This document shows positions 24,273 to 35,393 of a DNA stretch of 64,000 bases, piece after piece. The DNA comes from a virus. The notes under the pieces were generated by a model. The model was not told the origin of the DNA, ran no database searches, and saw only the letters and a program-made list of their open reading frames with translations. Numbering within the stretch: the stretch's first letter is position 1; each line of letters opens with the position of its first letter. The DNA lies in IMG/VR virus record IMGVR_UViG_3300037258_000147, positions 40,681-104,680 of that record; one strand, written 5' to 3'. A program made the position numbers and the translations under genes.

Positions 24273-27042
24273 ATGAAATTAGTAATCGAGATCGACTTTG
24301 GCAATGACGCTATGCAGCGGTATTCACAAGCGCGCGCCGTTATCCAAGACGCGGTAGGCACGTCCGGGTACCGCGCGAAACCGCATATAGGCGATTCCGG
24401 ATCATTGCGGGACGTGAACGGGAATCGGGTAGGATTCTGGGAAGTAGAGGAAAACTAACATGCAGCGCTTTGAATATGTGATATGGGGTTTGCCGAAAGA
24501 TTCGACAGACCCGATTGACGAAAAGGTGCTATACACTCAAGCTAAGAATGAGGCGGATATTGAACGGGTTAAAGAGCGTGCGGCGCAGATACGGCTGGCA
24601 CTCCTTTCGTATCCAGATTCTGGATTTGAAAGATATTCCCGATTTTTCAGACCCAAAGCTCATTAGCTAACGGAGGAAAACATGCAAGCAACTTACCACG
24701 ATATGACTCCGGCCATCGGGCAGAAGGTAGTGGTCCGATTTGAAGAGATCGGTGTTAGCTGCCAAGTAGTCAATGTCAAGTCATCCTACGGTCGTATCCG
24801 GTTACTCGTTTCCCCGGAGCTTGGAAATGGGGAGCAATGGGTGGAATTATCCCGGGTCAGGCCACGATCTAACGAAACGGCTATTGTAGCCCGCTAACCC
24901 GTCCATTTTGTGGACAAAATCGAGGAAACAAAGGAGTTACGGAGATGAACGGAATGAATCCAAAGGAAATGGGGTATTCGGATGCGGCAAACTCTGTCGC
25001 ACCGAATTCCAATCAAGCCCTGTTTAACCGTCAAGAGTATATCGACGGGTACGCACAAGGCAGTATAGATAGAGATGCCGACAATTCCATTCTGTACGAG
25101 GTAATCATTGGAAACATCGGCACAGTGTACAGCGGAAAGGATGGGTTTGAGGCATTCAAGCGGTTTCAAATCTATTCAGGACAATCTAAGGGTAATTATG
25201 GGCGTGCAACGGGCGAAGACGTTACGCTCATGAAAAATGGGGAAATACGCAAGGAATTTATCGGATCAACGTCACGCGAACAGACGGAGGATTAACCGGG
25301 CCTTGCCCGTAACGCACCATTGCCCGATTCCAAGCTCGGGATGAGAAAGACGGAGGACGGAGGAAATATGGATTACTTGGACACTAATCGAGTAGTGAAG
25401 CGGGTCATCTCGGAGGTGGGAGGAACAATCGCCACTAACGGGATACAGGAATTGTCGCGCGAGGAGCGTGGCGGAATCAGCACGTTTGGGTACGTCCGCA
25501 CATGCCTCTATGCCACGGCATACAACGCGGTTAGGGCAATGCCTGGGTTTGATATGTCCTATAACGAGTTTTGCATGGCGGTCGATCAGGAAACGAAATT
25601 AAGTCTGAGTTTTTATCCGGCAAACGCTAGACGATAACATGAAATCTCCCCTATTAGCAATCTCAGCTTTTATCCTTGCGCGCATATTGTTTGTTTTGAT
25701 GACGCGTAAACGTAAACTCTAAACCTTGTCCAGAAAATGGACGGCGCGCGCCGGAGAAACCTTGACACTCTCAGTAGACTCTCTAGCATTTATTGGAATC
25801 CTTACCTGTTTGGGATTCTTGGCGGCCATCGGCTTGGGTAAGCTGTATGGCTGGATTTTTAACTAGTCCAGAAAAGCGAGTAACCATGCCTAAGCTCCTA
25901 CGCGGCGTCTTCTACGCTCTAACCTTCGAGCTATCGGCAGCCGGTTTCCTGTATGCTGTCTACCGGTTTTTCCTAAGTCTGAATTAGTCCGAAAAATGGA
26001 CTGATTCCTAACAAGAGAATGTCTCACGGCGCAATGAAAGGACCATCAAATGATAGCACGTAATAGGTTTATGGCTGCATCGAAAGAACAAGCACTAGAG
26101 CGGATGGAATATCAGTCTGTAATGTGCTTGGACCAAGTAGCAGCGGTAAACGAATGGCCGTGGATATACACAAACGCGCAGGTACTCGCCGAAGCTTGTG
26201 CGCATTGGGCTTTTGCGGCATATCCCGAATTGCGAGTGAATGACGATTTTTGGCAAAATTAATTCACCTTACGGCGAAAGAGAGAGAGACTGTATGCGTC
26301 TGACAATTCAAGTTTTTCAAAATGGGGAAGCGGTCGGGGAATATGTAGCCAATTTTCCGAAGGAAACAGAGACGGAAGCCGTTGACTTGTTTCTGCAACA
26401 TGCACGCATCGATCTACGGTATCGCTTTCTAGGGGAATACGGATTCGTCCAACCGTCGGAAAAGTATTATCTGGTGCTGGCATGAAACCACCGAAGAAAT
26501 GCAATTGCTACGTCCACGCAACGGCAGATTACACTAAGCATTCGCGGGATGCGGTTTTAATCCGTAGGGTTCGACGCGCTGGGCTAGAGCAAGCAAGAAA
26601 GTGCCGAATCAGAGCACAAAGCGAGAGTGACCAGAAAGAGAAAAACTATTTGGAAACCGTTGCTATCTGTGCCGAATGGGAGGCTTGGGTCTGCTTAGTT
26701 CATCTCCGAGACATCAAGGCAAACCGGGCATACGAGAAAAGTTAGTCCATTTAATGGAAAACCTGGAGTTTTATGGGTCATTCCGCGCGCAGCATATTGC
26801 CTGACCGCCACCGGGCGTTAACCCGGTACACTACCGCAGAGGCAATCAGCCTCATGGAGACGGACATGACATACACGCTGATCATGATCAACGAGCAGGG
26901 CGCATCGGAAGAAACCCGCTACCTTATCAGCAAGGCTGATGTGCGCCGCCAAATTCGCACATGGGACGCCAAAGGCATGACAGCCCGCGTTTACACGAGC
27001 GATGGTGAGTGCGTATATGACGGCTCAGCGCTCTCGTTTTAA
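24273..27042 (+). other. Cluster of small early hypothetical genes (24273-24458, 24460-~24690, 24682-24897, 24945-25295, 25368-25637, 26050-26262, 26294-26485, 26482-26745, 26866-27042)
   Basis: Co-oriented short ORFs, most with GGAGG-type RBS. Confidence 0.7.
25307..25360 (+). ncRNA. Putative twister (P1-type) ribozyme, second copy
   Basis: CCG-TAA-CG...CCCGA-TTCCAAGC-TCGGG-ATGAGAAA..CG-GAGGA-CGG; covariant with the first copy. Confidence 0.55.
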
Positions 27043-27366
27043 CCTTCGCCGCGCGGTATCCACCGTAAGCGGAGCGTCCGCCGTGGTAGGCGGGGCCGGT
27101 AAATTTAGTCCATTTTTCGGACAAAACTCGTTGACAAGTCTATTTACCCATGATAGGGTGTAACCAAACGAAAAGGGGAAACCATGTTCCTGCTTCTAGT
27201 TGTACTGTTAACCTTCGGCGGTATGCACGGGCCGGTAACTCACCCGAAAACCCCGCCGCTTACCTTTCGCTGGAAATAGACCGTTGCCGGATCGTAACCG
27301 GCTCTCAATGCAGCCGCCTTACGGCGAGAGTCACAAGCCTCTATAAATGCAGAGTGGGGAGGAAAT

Positions 27367-27780
27367 ATGGAAACGGAGAAGGATTTTCAAACGGAAGCTA
27401 ACGAGGCAGGCGAAAGGTTTGTTGAGGCGGCCCGTGTGCTGCTCGAAACGCTACGCAAGGCTGAAGAAAAAGAGGACGAAGAGGTCCAAGACGATATTAC
27501 CCAAGAAATTGAGGAGTATCCGCTTTCTGTCTTGGTACGGTCTGGATGGTACGTTCCCGGCCAAAACACCGAAGACAACAAGCCAGAAGAATACGAGATT
27601 TTGCTTGGGACGGGCGGCCCAGCTTCTCGGATCGTGGGCCGGTTGGATGAATATCTACAGCCCGGGACAGCAACCTTCGAATACCAAGACTGGTTCAAGC
27701 CTTGGACGGCGGCGAAATTGAGCGGGGAGCAGAAAGGCATATTGCTTGAGTTCGCCTCTCATTTCTGGTTCGGCGAGTAA
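27367..27780 (+). CDS. Acidic conserved phage hypothetical protein
   Basis: YEILLGTGGPA.RI.G.L......EYQDWF..W pattern; GAGG RBS. Confidence 0.75.
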   Translation: METEKDFQTEANEAGERFVEAARVLLETLRKAEEKEDEEVQDDITQEIEEYPLSVLVRSGWYVPGQNTEDNKPEEYEILLGTGGPASRIVGRLDEYLQPGTATFEYQDWFKPWTAAKLSGEQKGILLEFASHFWFGE

Positions 27781-27815
27781 CCCAACTTTGTCCACAAAAT
27801 GGACGGAAAAGAGGA

Positions 27816-28499
27816 ATGAAAATGGATATCAAGAATCTAGAGGATGTGGTTATTTACACATCCGCACTGCTCACAATCAAAGACGCTCTAGTAGAGGCTG
27901 TGTTAAAACGCGCGAACCTGTGCGGCGCGAACCTGTACGGCGCGAACCTGTGCGACGCGAACCTGTGCGACGCGAACCTGTGCGGCGCGAACCTGTACGG
28001 CGCGAACCTGTACGGCGCGAACCTGTGCGGCGCGAACCTGTACGGCGCGAACCTGTACGGCGCGAACCTGTGCGGCGCGGACCTGCGCGGCGCGAACCTG
28101 CGCGGCGCGAACCTGTACGGCGCGGACCTGTACGGCGCGTACCTGAGCGGGACTAAAAATTCAGACATTGCTTTATCTCGGATTCAATTCATCCCGGAAA
28201 CGGGAAGTTTTGAAGCGTGGAAGAAATGCGCGGACGGGGTTATTGTGAAGCTGCTCATCCCCGAAGATGCGGAACGTTCCCACGGAGCAGAACGGAAGTG
28301 CAGAGCCTCCAAAATTGTCGTATTGGATGTATTCGGAGCGGACTACGGCGTATCTGGCGGTGAATATGGAAAGATTGAATACCGCAAAGGGCAAACGGTG
28401 GAGCCAAAAAACGGATGGAACGAGGACCGTTGGACAGTCTGCGGGGCTGGTATCCATTTCTTTCTCACTCGGGCGGAGGCCGAAAACTACGAGTTTTGA
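27816..28499 (+). CDS. Pentapeptide-repeat protein with DUF5758-like C-terminus
   Basis: (ANL[CY]G)n from 15-bp repeats at ~27912-28150; GSF.AWKK...IPEDA.R...RKCRAS...C..GIHFF. Confidence 0.9.
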   Translation: MKMDIKNLEDVVIYTSALLTIKDALVEAVLKRANLCGANLYGANLCDANLCDANLCGANLYGANLYGANLCGANLYGANLYGANLCGADLRGANLRGANLYGADLYGAYLSGTKNSDIALSRIQFIPETGSFEAWKKCADGVIVKLLIPEDAERSHGAERKCRASKIVVLDVFGADYGVSGGEYGKIEYRKGQTVEPKNGWNEDRWTVCGAGIHFFLTRAEAENYEF

Positions 28500-28520
28500 T
28501 CTACCCCGCTGCGGCGGGTA

Positions 28521-28594
28521 TGCTCCCAATAACCAGCGTCCGGCCTAGAACGTCACGCGGGGGCGGGCAACACTAACGTTAGTGGCTAATGGTT
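28521..28594 (+). ncRNA. Putative HDV-like ribozyme with enlarged L3
   Basis: P1 TGCTCCC/GGGGGCG, P2 AACCA/TGGTT, P3 GCG/CGC, P1.1 CC/GG, P4 CACTAA/TTAGTG, J4/2 GCTAA. Confidence 0.5.
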
Positions 28595-28605
28595 CGAGGT
28601 GAGGA

Positions 28606-30789
28606 ATGAAACTCGTTTCAAACGCAACTACAATCGCAGAGTTCCGCGCAGATGTTCTCCAATACATCGAACTTCGCGCCGAGCAAAACCGAGCGGCTGA
28701 AAGGTCGGTCACCGGAAAGAACATCAAGAAGATGTATATTCATGCCGCGTCTGAGATTCAGTCTATCGCCGATGATCTGCGCTATATGGACTCTGGGAAT
28801 AAGGTAGCGTAATGCGTATTTTCCGGTCTCCAATATCCCGGATCAGTTGGAGGAGCGGGAATTTTCTTACATCCCAGGCGCGATCCTTGTCTGAGGTAAT
28901 CAAGGGTCCGGCTAGACACCTTACGGCAAAGCCGGATTTTGTCTGCGCTGCCTGTACAAAGAATATGCACTACGCATGTGTTAGTAAAAGGTGCGAGTGC
29001 GGAAAGAAGCATTTATGACCCAAAATTTTTCCTTGACAGACCAACTAGGGTTGGCTATAATCATTGTAGCAATTTTGGAGTTGTGGTTTTTGTGGTAACT
29101 GGAATCTGTCCGAAAAATGGACAAAAGAGGGGTTATGGAAATCAAAACCAGCACACTAGGGCCGTCTTGGGACGACTTTGAAACCGCAAGAATGAAAAGG
29201 GAAGACGAAAACGTAGCGCGGCGGGTAGCAGACTACCAGCGGCGCGGCGGATGGTTCGACCAAACCGAAGAGGAATTGTGATAGTCCCTCTGCAATACTG
29301 CTGTGACGCGCCCGGATGTACGCAGGTTCGGACGGATACGAACCGATGGTGGGTCGTCTACACGGGATACCCCAGCCATATCGGAGTGTATACGTGGGAT
29401 CACGCCGAGGCGGATCACAAACTGGACAGCACGGACTCCCGCCACTTCTGCGGCCAAACTCACGCTCTGCAATTCGTATCATCTGAGATGGGGGTAAAAT
29501 GAAACTCTCCTTCGAGGATTTTGTCTACTACTCGGAATGGCTTGAGATAGTTCGGATGGGGAATTTTGTCGGCGAGTATGAATTACGAAAAATTATTCTC
29601 AAGAAAATCCGAGAATTCAGACGAGGCCGCCCACTTTTTGCCGGACCCTACGGGGATAAATCCGCGTGGGCTGGAATGGTCCGCAATTGGTACAAGGCAT
29701 ATGTGGAGGAAGCATGAAACACACGGAGATATTTTATTCTCTCTGCGAGGCCCACACTATTCTGTGTCTAGCCTGCGATAGGGCCGGAAACGCGGCGGAT
29801 GTTTGGTGGATTCCCTTTTTCGGGCGGAACCGCTGGCGAGCCTACCGCACTGCACTCCATGCTATGGAGTACCTGCAAAAACAGGTAGGCGAAGAATACT
29901 CGCTGGCTGTTGAGGAGCTTTGCCAATGACCAATCTTTCAACCAGAAAGTCAAAGTGTATTGTCCAGTTTTCGGACACGATTCGGGAGCGGGGCCGGTTA
30001 CGTGAAGTCATTATGGAGTTCTCACCCTACGGTATTAAAGTCCGACTCAAGGGCATGAGAAGTTCATACGATATTTCCCCGGCCTCTATCTACAACTCTG
30101 CTGTGCTTAAGTTTGTGGCAGCACAAAAATCTGAGAAGAAGGCCAAGAAAGCGGGGAGGAAATGAGGCAAGTGCGAAATAAATTATGGCTGCATAGTGGC
30201 TACCGGATCGGAGAAAACGGATTCATATTTAACCGTCCAGCCTGTCGGTTGTGTAAATTGTTCGACGCCCGAGTTTGCGAAAATAAGTATTGCGTTTTTT
30301 GCTTTGTCGGACTCTTGGAGATTCGGGGGATATGGGGATCGAGACGACGGCGGACTACGGGGGCTATCGTGCGCAGGACTCGAAAGATTTACAGGAACTC
30401 AGTTAGTCCGAAAAATGGACAACCTGAATGACCAATCAGCTAGGCGATCTAACAGCCCGACAAGAAGCCTTACGGCATCTACGTTCCAGATGGATGAAAT
30501 TATTCTTGACTAAGCCCTGGACTTCGGATAACGTAAGGGAGAGAGCTTTGATTTGTGAGAAGATTGTTAAGTGGGGTGCAAAGTGAAAACCTACGAAGTA
30601 AAAGTACCGATTGCCGGACACGCTTATGTTTATGTCGAGGCTGACTCGGAAGAAGAGGCTATCACAACGGCTGTGAGTGCGGCTGAGTTGCAGGATTTAG
30701 GCGGCTGGGAAGCCCTGCGGAAATTCAACATGGGCAACGTCTGTTACTGCCCGCAACCTTGGGAAGCAGAAGCTGCGGAAATGGAATAA
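28606..30789 (+). other. Cluster of small hypothetical genes (28606-28812, 28812-29018, 29135-29281, ~29278-29502, 29499-29717, 29714-29929, 29926-30165, 30162-30431, ~30571-30789)
   Basis: Tightly packed ATGA/TAATG-coupled ORFs. Confidence 0.65.
29033..29061 (+). promoter_or_regulatory. Sigma70-type promoter
   Basis: TTGACA-N17-TATAAT. Confidence 0.8.
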
Positions 30790-30791
30790 CC

Positions 30792-31865
30792 GTGACTACC
30801 AAGCGCCGAGCAACATACCAATATGACGGAACCGTAGGCGGGAAACGTCTACGGTTTTCGCTCGGAACTACTGACTCAAAATCTGCCGCGAAGTTAGAGC
30901 AGCGGATTGGGTTTGCTATCGCAGAAGGCCCGAAACCCGAAGTCTGGGAGAGCCTGAAACCTTCATTACCTCTAAGGAGCTATCAAGTCTTGACCTCAGT
31001 TATCGGCCTTACGGCGTTACCAAATCTACGTGAATTTGAAGACACTTGGGAAAAACATTTAGACACGAGAAGGCGGCTTGGAGAAATTACCGAGTCTACT
31101 TACGACCTTTACGCTAAAGCGTCCAGGGATTTCTTCGCCCGAATGATCGAACTGAATGTCGGGAAAATGGACGAACTTACTCCAAGCGCCGTAGACGAGT
31201 ATCTGGTTTGGAGACTTGAAAGCATAAAGGCAAAGGGAGGGTCTGGCCGAGGAGTAGTTACCATATCCAAGATACTTGTCCAGATTTTTGAATTGGGTAT
31301 TAGGGACGGGCTGCTCAAAACGTCGCCACTTAAGCACAAGTATAGACCAGACACAGACCCGAAAGCTCCTGATCCGTTTACCGATTCCGAAGTCCAGAAA
31401 ATGGAAAATTCAGCGGATGGAATTGACCGGCTTGCTTTTCTTTTGTTGAAATGGACAGGACTAAGAAAGTCGGACGCGAGTTCGGTTACTTGGTCGGCCA
31501 TAAACTGGGAGAAAGAAACTCTGACGTGGGAAACTAAAAAGCGCCATAAACAAGTCATAGTACCTTTACATGCCTCGTTAATGGCCGAGTTGAAAAAATA
31601 TCGGGACGATTCAGATGTCCAAATTTTACCAATGGCCCAGAACCGGCTGTATCAACTCGTAGTAAATCTCGGAAAGAAATCTGGGGTCGAAAACTGTCAC
31701 CCTCACAGATTTCGGGCATGGTTTGTATGTCGTTTGCTGGCTAAAGGTGCGAGTTTATTTGACGTGTCCAAAATGATCGGAGACTCCCACCAGGTTGTGG
31801 AAAAATATTATTCTGCTATTACCGATGGACAACAAGAACGGGTCCGTGGTATACTAGCGGCGTAG
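30792..31865 (+). CDS. int: Tyrosine recombinase/integrase
   Basis: TGLR, K, HRFR, IGDS......YY motifs; N-terminal RFSLGTTD arm-binding-like region. Confidence 0.85.
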   Translation: MTTKRRATYQYDGTVGGKRLRFSLGTTDSKSAAKLEQRIGFAIAEGPKPEVWESLKPSLPLRSYQVLTSVIGLTALPNLREFEDTWEKHLDTRRRLGEITESTYDLYAKASRDFFARMIELNVGKMDELTPSAVDEYLVWRLESIKAKGGSGRGVVTISKILVQIFELGIRDGLLKTSPLKHKYRPDTDPKAPDPFTDSEVQKMENSADGIDRLAFLLLKWTGLRKSDASSVTWSAINWEKETLTWETKKRHKQVIVPLHASLMAELKKYRDDSDVQILPMAQNRLYQLVVNLGKKSGVENCHPHRFRAWFVCRLLAKGASLFDVSKMIGDSHQVVEKYYSAITDGQQERVRGILAA

Positions 31866-32056
31866 GGCGGATTTAGTCCACAAAATGGCCCGGAGGAAAG
31901 CATTGGTACGCTTCGGTCGGCGGAACCTCAGTTACTCGGCACGGAGAGTCCAAGTGGAGCAGCAAAGCCATGGCGGAACTCAATGCCGAAAAATGGGCAC
32001 AAGAAAACTGTGTGATAATCGAGCCCTCCATTTAATGGACTCAAGAAAGGACTGAA

Positions 32057-32594
32057 ATGGTAACTTGGATCAAAGACGCAAACGGCAATAAATGTTCTGT
32101 CGAGCATTGGGGGTCGGAAGAGGCGGCGCAGAAGGCGCTGGACTCCCTCCAGGACTGCAAAAACTGTATTAACTGCTCCTACTGCTCCGGCTGCTCCGGC
32201 TGCTCCGGCTGCTCCGGCTGCTCCGGCTGCTCCGATATCGCCTTTGAGCGATTCTTTATCGCTCAAAGGCGATCCGGAATCGAAGTGGGCCGGACCGCCT
32301 GCGGTGCCAAAAATAGAGAACATCCACAAGAAAATCTACGAGGCCGCTTCGATTCCGCCAAAAGCTTTAGATATGGGCAACTGGCATGCCTGCGGAACCA
32401 CTCATTGTCGCGGCGGATGGGCGGTGCATCTGGCCGGTGATGCTGGATACGCCTTGGAGCAGTTTCATGGGACGTTGCTGGCCGCGCAACTCATCTACCG
32501 CGAGAGTGGCTGCCCCATCAGCCCATGCCGGTTCTTCGACAGCAACGCCGACGCCTTAGCCGACATGAAGCGGCTGGCCGAACAGGATTCATAG
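32057..32594 (+). pseudogene. Cys-Ser-Gly repeat protein split by a 1-nt frameshift near 32243
   Basis: TGCTCCGGC x5 (32183-32227); removing one T in GCCTTTGAGC joins 32057.. to the PKIENIH...WH.CGTTHCRGGW frame. Confidence 0.6.
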
Positions 32595-32912
32595 TGCAAG
32601 AAAGGACTGCAATGACAAAGTACCAGGAGATCGCAGCGCAAGCGTGCACATGTTTGAAGGAAGGCAGCGCGCGTTGCAAGTTTCCGCATCCATGCCGCCG
32701 CTGCGGTGAGTATCATCCGGGCGTCTCCTGCTATTGGCACGCTCATGGAAAGACGGCGGAAGATAAACCGGCTGCTGGGCGCGTGTTCCAGCGCTCAGGT
32801 GGATCGCTGGGATGCGATGAGTGCTGCAACGGAGACCGCTGTGATGATCGAACACACAAAGATCGGGATAATTGCCCATTTTGCTTGGGAAGCGGTGAGC
32901 CGAGGGGAGAAC

Positions 32913-33563
32913 ATGCTGAGTGCAAAGTACCGGAAGATCGCAGATGAAGCGTATGAGGACGACGCAAGGTTCGATCTTTACGCCGCCTGCGAAGCCGTAG
33001 GCGCGGCCATGCTGGCGGACGCGACGGAGCCGGGAGCGCCGATGAGCGAGGCGGACACGGAGTCGGTGAGCTACGCTCTTGCGCAGATGGAGCGGTGCTA
33101 CACCTTCCTGCCTTCTCACGGCAGCATTGGCGAGGAAGGTAAGGACAATTACGCATGGGGAATGCGCCGCTTAAAGGAAATCCTCGCCAAGCGCAGGCAG
33201 CCACCCGCGCAGGGGGATGCGCCACCGGAGCGCGGGCTGGTATCGCTGGATGCAGTGGAGAAGGCCATACGGGATCAGGGCAACACTTCTGGCGGCTGGA
33301 ATGCATTTATCGCTGGCGTCCGCGCGCGCCTCGCCCCGCCTGCGAAGAAGACGGCGGAGGAACGGGTGACCATACGCGGACGGTCACCGCGCTCGCGTGT
33401 GTCGGAATACTGGGAAGTCCTCCTTGACGGCGCGCCTGTGTACAGGTTCGACCAGCGCGAGTGCGCAGAAATCTACCGCGCTGGCCTGATCGCCAAGTTG
33501 GAGAAGGAGGCGGGCAAAGATGAAGGTCAGTGGGATCGAAGTCAATTTCGCAAGGCCGGTTGA
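32913..33563 (+). CDS. Hypothetical protein (GC-rich block)
   Basis: GGGGAG RBS before MLSAKYRK. Confidence 0.55.
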   Translation: MLSAKYRKIADEAYEDDARFDLYAACEAVGAAMLADATEPGAPMSEADTESVSYALAQMERCYTFLPSHGSIGEEGKDNYAWGMRRLKEILAKRRQPPAQGDAPPERGLVSLDAVEKAIRDQGNTSGGWNAFIAGVRARLAPPAKKTAEERVTIRGRSPRSRVSEYWEVLLDGAPVYRFDQRECAEIYRAGLIAKLEKEAGKDEGQWDRSQFRKAG

Positions 33564-33990
33564 ATTGACAGACAACCAGCGGCGCTCCATCCACGCTGTA
33601 GTAGGAGAAGCCGCGCGCAAGACTGAAACATTTGAGTTCGTTCATTGGGCTGCGGGAACTGGCTGCAAGCCCAATTGGTCAAAAACCGATTGCGCCATTT
33701 TGGGTATGACGCTGACAGCAGATTCTCCCGAGAGGGGAGAGCCCGCATGGGATGATTCTGTGTTCTACATCGAAACCGCAACGCGAGAGCGCTACGCTTC
33801 AGAACCGTTTAAGCCGTACGCGAGAGCAAAGACCAATGCGGATAGATTCTGCGAACTGTTAGAGACCATCGATCAGCGTTGCACATCTGTCGATGGTCCT
33901 GTGACGCCGACGCTTACAGAAGCCACAGCAGATGAATTACGCAAACTGTATTTGTTTGCCGACAGGATCAGGAAGGAGGGGCAGCAGTGA
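33520..33990 (+). CDS. Hypothetical protein
   Basis: 156 aa, AGGAGG upstream. Confidence 0.65.
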   Translation: MKVSGIEVNFARPVELTDNQRRSIHAVVGEAARKTETFEFVHWAAGTGCKPNWSKTDCAILGMTLTADSPERGEPAWDDSVFYIETATRERYASEPFKPYARAKTNADRFCELLETIDQRCTSVDGPVTPTLTEATADELRKLYLFADRIRKEGQQ

Positions 33991-34352
33991 GTATCACGTC
34001 TGAAATAAGAGGCCGTACGGTTACGGCGGCGGAGGCGCGTGAATCTGTGCGACGCCTTGTCAACTCCCACTTCCATAACCCAGACAGCGCGCGCGTTAGC
34101 ATCCCAGCAGATGTGCGCGACGATGATCTGATTGCGTCTGACTACGTGGAAGAATCTGCGGCCCTGTCCGAGTCCCACAGAGAACTCAGGGAGGCCGCGA
34201 AAAAAGCTGAAAGGTGCCTCACCGAGTTGTACCCATCGGACCCGACAGCGGTTGAACACGAAGCTGAATACTACGCCGTGAACAAAGTATTGAACGAATT
34301 ACGCGCTGCTCTCTCGCGTGCATCTCTGGCTCTGGCACTGGAGGTTGACTAG
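33987..34352 (+). CDS. Hypothetical protein
   Basis: GTGA overlap, GGAGG RBS. Confidence 0.65.
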   Translation: MSITSEIRGRTVTAAEARESVRRLVNSHFHNPDSARVSIPADVRDDDLIASDYVEESAALSESHRELREAAKKAERCLTELYPSDPTAVEHEAEYYAVNKVLNELRAALSRASLALALEVD

Positions 34353-34501
34353 GTTTGTCCATAAAATGGACGGTTTGCTGTGTCAACAACCTAGTTCACA
34401 CGACTAAACAGCAAGTCCATTTTCCGACTTTTTTGGGCAACCTTGGGCGGCCTTGGTTCATCTTACTAACTAACCTCCCCCGAGGAGGAGAAGGAGATGA
34501 C

Positions 34502-35161
34502 ATGAGGACTAAACAGATTTCAGATGCTCCCCCCGAAATGTTCCAAGGGTGGGAAAAGTTGGAACCCAACGAGCAAACCAAGATTACGGTCGAAACCCAT
34601 GCTCTCGAAAAGGCGGCTAACACTCTCGAAATGTCCAATTTGGAAATCGGAGAGCATCTGGACAACATCAGTCTGGTCTTAGCCCCCAAACGCCAGTTCA
34701 ACAAGTGGCTGCTGTGGTGGCTGGACAGCCGGAAGAGGGCCAAGAGCCGGTCATGGGCCTATCAAGCTCTGGCCGAGTATCAGGCTATTAAAAACCATAT
34801 CCCCAAACCAGTTCTTGAGGTAGCCAAGGAGCGGGGAGTCAAATTAAGCCCCTTGGTGTTGGCCCAAAACCCTCCGCCCAAGACCCAGGACAAGGGGAAG
34901 ATTCTGGAGTATGTCAACAACCTGAAGCCCTCACGAGTCGAAATTGCCAAGTCCCCAGAGACCTTGTTAAAGGAGTGCGTGAACTTTGTTGGCACCAGAT
35001 GGGCGCAACTGCCCAACAACCACAAAACCAGAACAGCCTTTATGAGATCGCTGCTGGGAATGCTTCTGGGCAAATTTGGGGTGGCGTCTGAGCAGAGTTT
35101 TGCTCCAATGGCGATCCCGGACAACTTCAAGGTACAGAGGGGGCGTCCCAAAGCAGCATGA
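34502..35161 (+). CDS. Putative DNA-binding protein (DUF3102-like helical region, C-terminal AT-hook)
   Basis: LEIGEHL...FNKWL...SRSWAYQAL; ends RGRPKAA; AGGAG RBS. Confidence 0.6.
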   Translation: MRTKQISDAPPEMFQGWEKLEPNEQTKITVETHALEKAANTLEMSNLEIGEHLDNISLVLAPKRQFNKWLLWWLDSRKRAKSRSWAYQALAEYQAIKNHIPKPVLEVAKERGVKLSPLVLAQNPPPKTQDKGKILEYVNNLKPSRVEIAKSPETLLKECVNFVGTRWAQLPNNHKTRTAFMRSLLGMLLGKFGVASEQSFAPMAIPDNFKVQRGRPKAA

Positions 35162-35360
35162 GCACTTTGCTTATCAGCTTCCGAGACGGTAATCGGTTTT
35201 TGTCTTGTGAATCCTGCGGAGGGGCTGGAACAAAAACAAATGCAAGGTGTCCTGACTGCGGGCTGAGGTTCCTCAGGATTCGAGTCAAAAACGAAGACGG
35301 AAAAATTATCCACCATGAGGGGTCTGAGAAATCGGACCCCCTTATTTTTTAATTATTGTG

Positions 35361-35387
35361 TTGACAAAACCAAAATCATGCTATAAT
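35361..35387 (+). promoter_or_regulatory. Promoter driving a structured RNA
   Basis: TTGACA-N15-TATAAT with TG extension. Confidence 0.65.
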
Positions 35388-35393
35388 AAACGT

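Noticed and set aside
27912-28150. 15-bp tandem repeats as a CRISPR array or DGR template
   Set aside because: The repeats are contiguous with no spacers and encode in-frame pentapeptide repeats; no cas or reverse transcriptase gene is in the window
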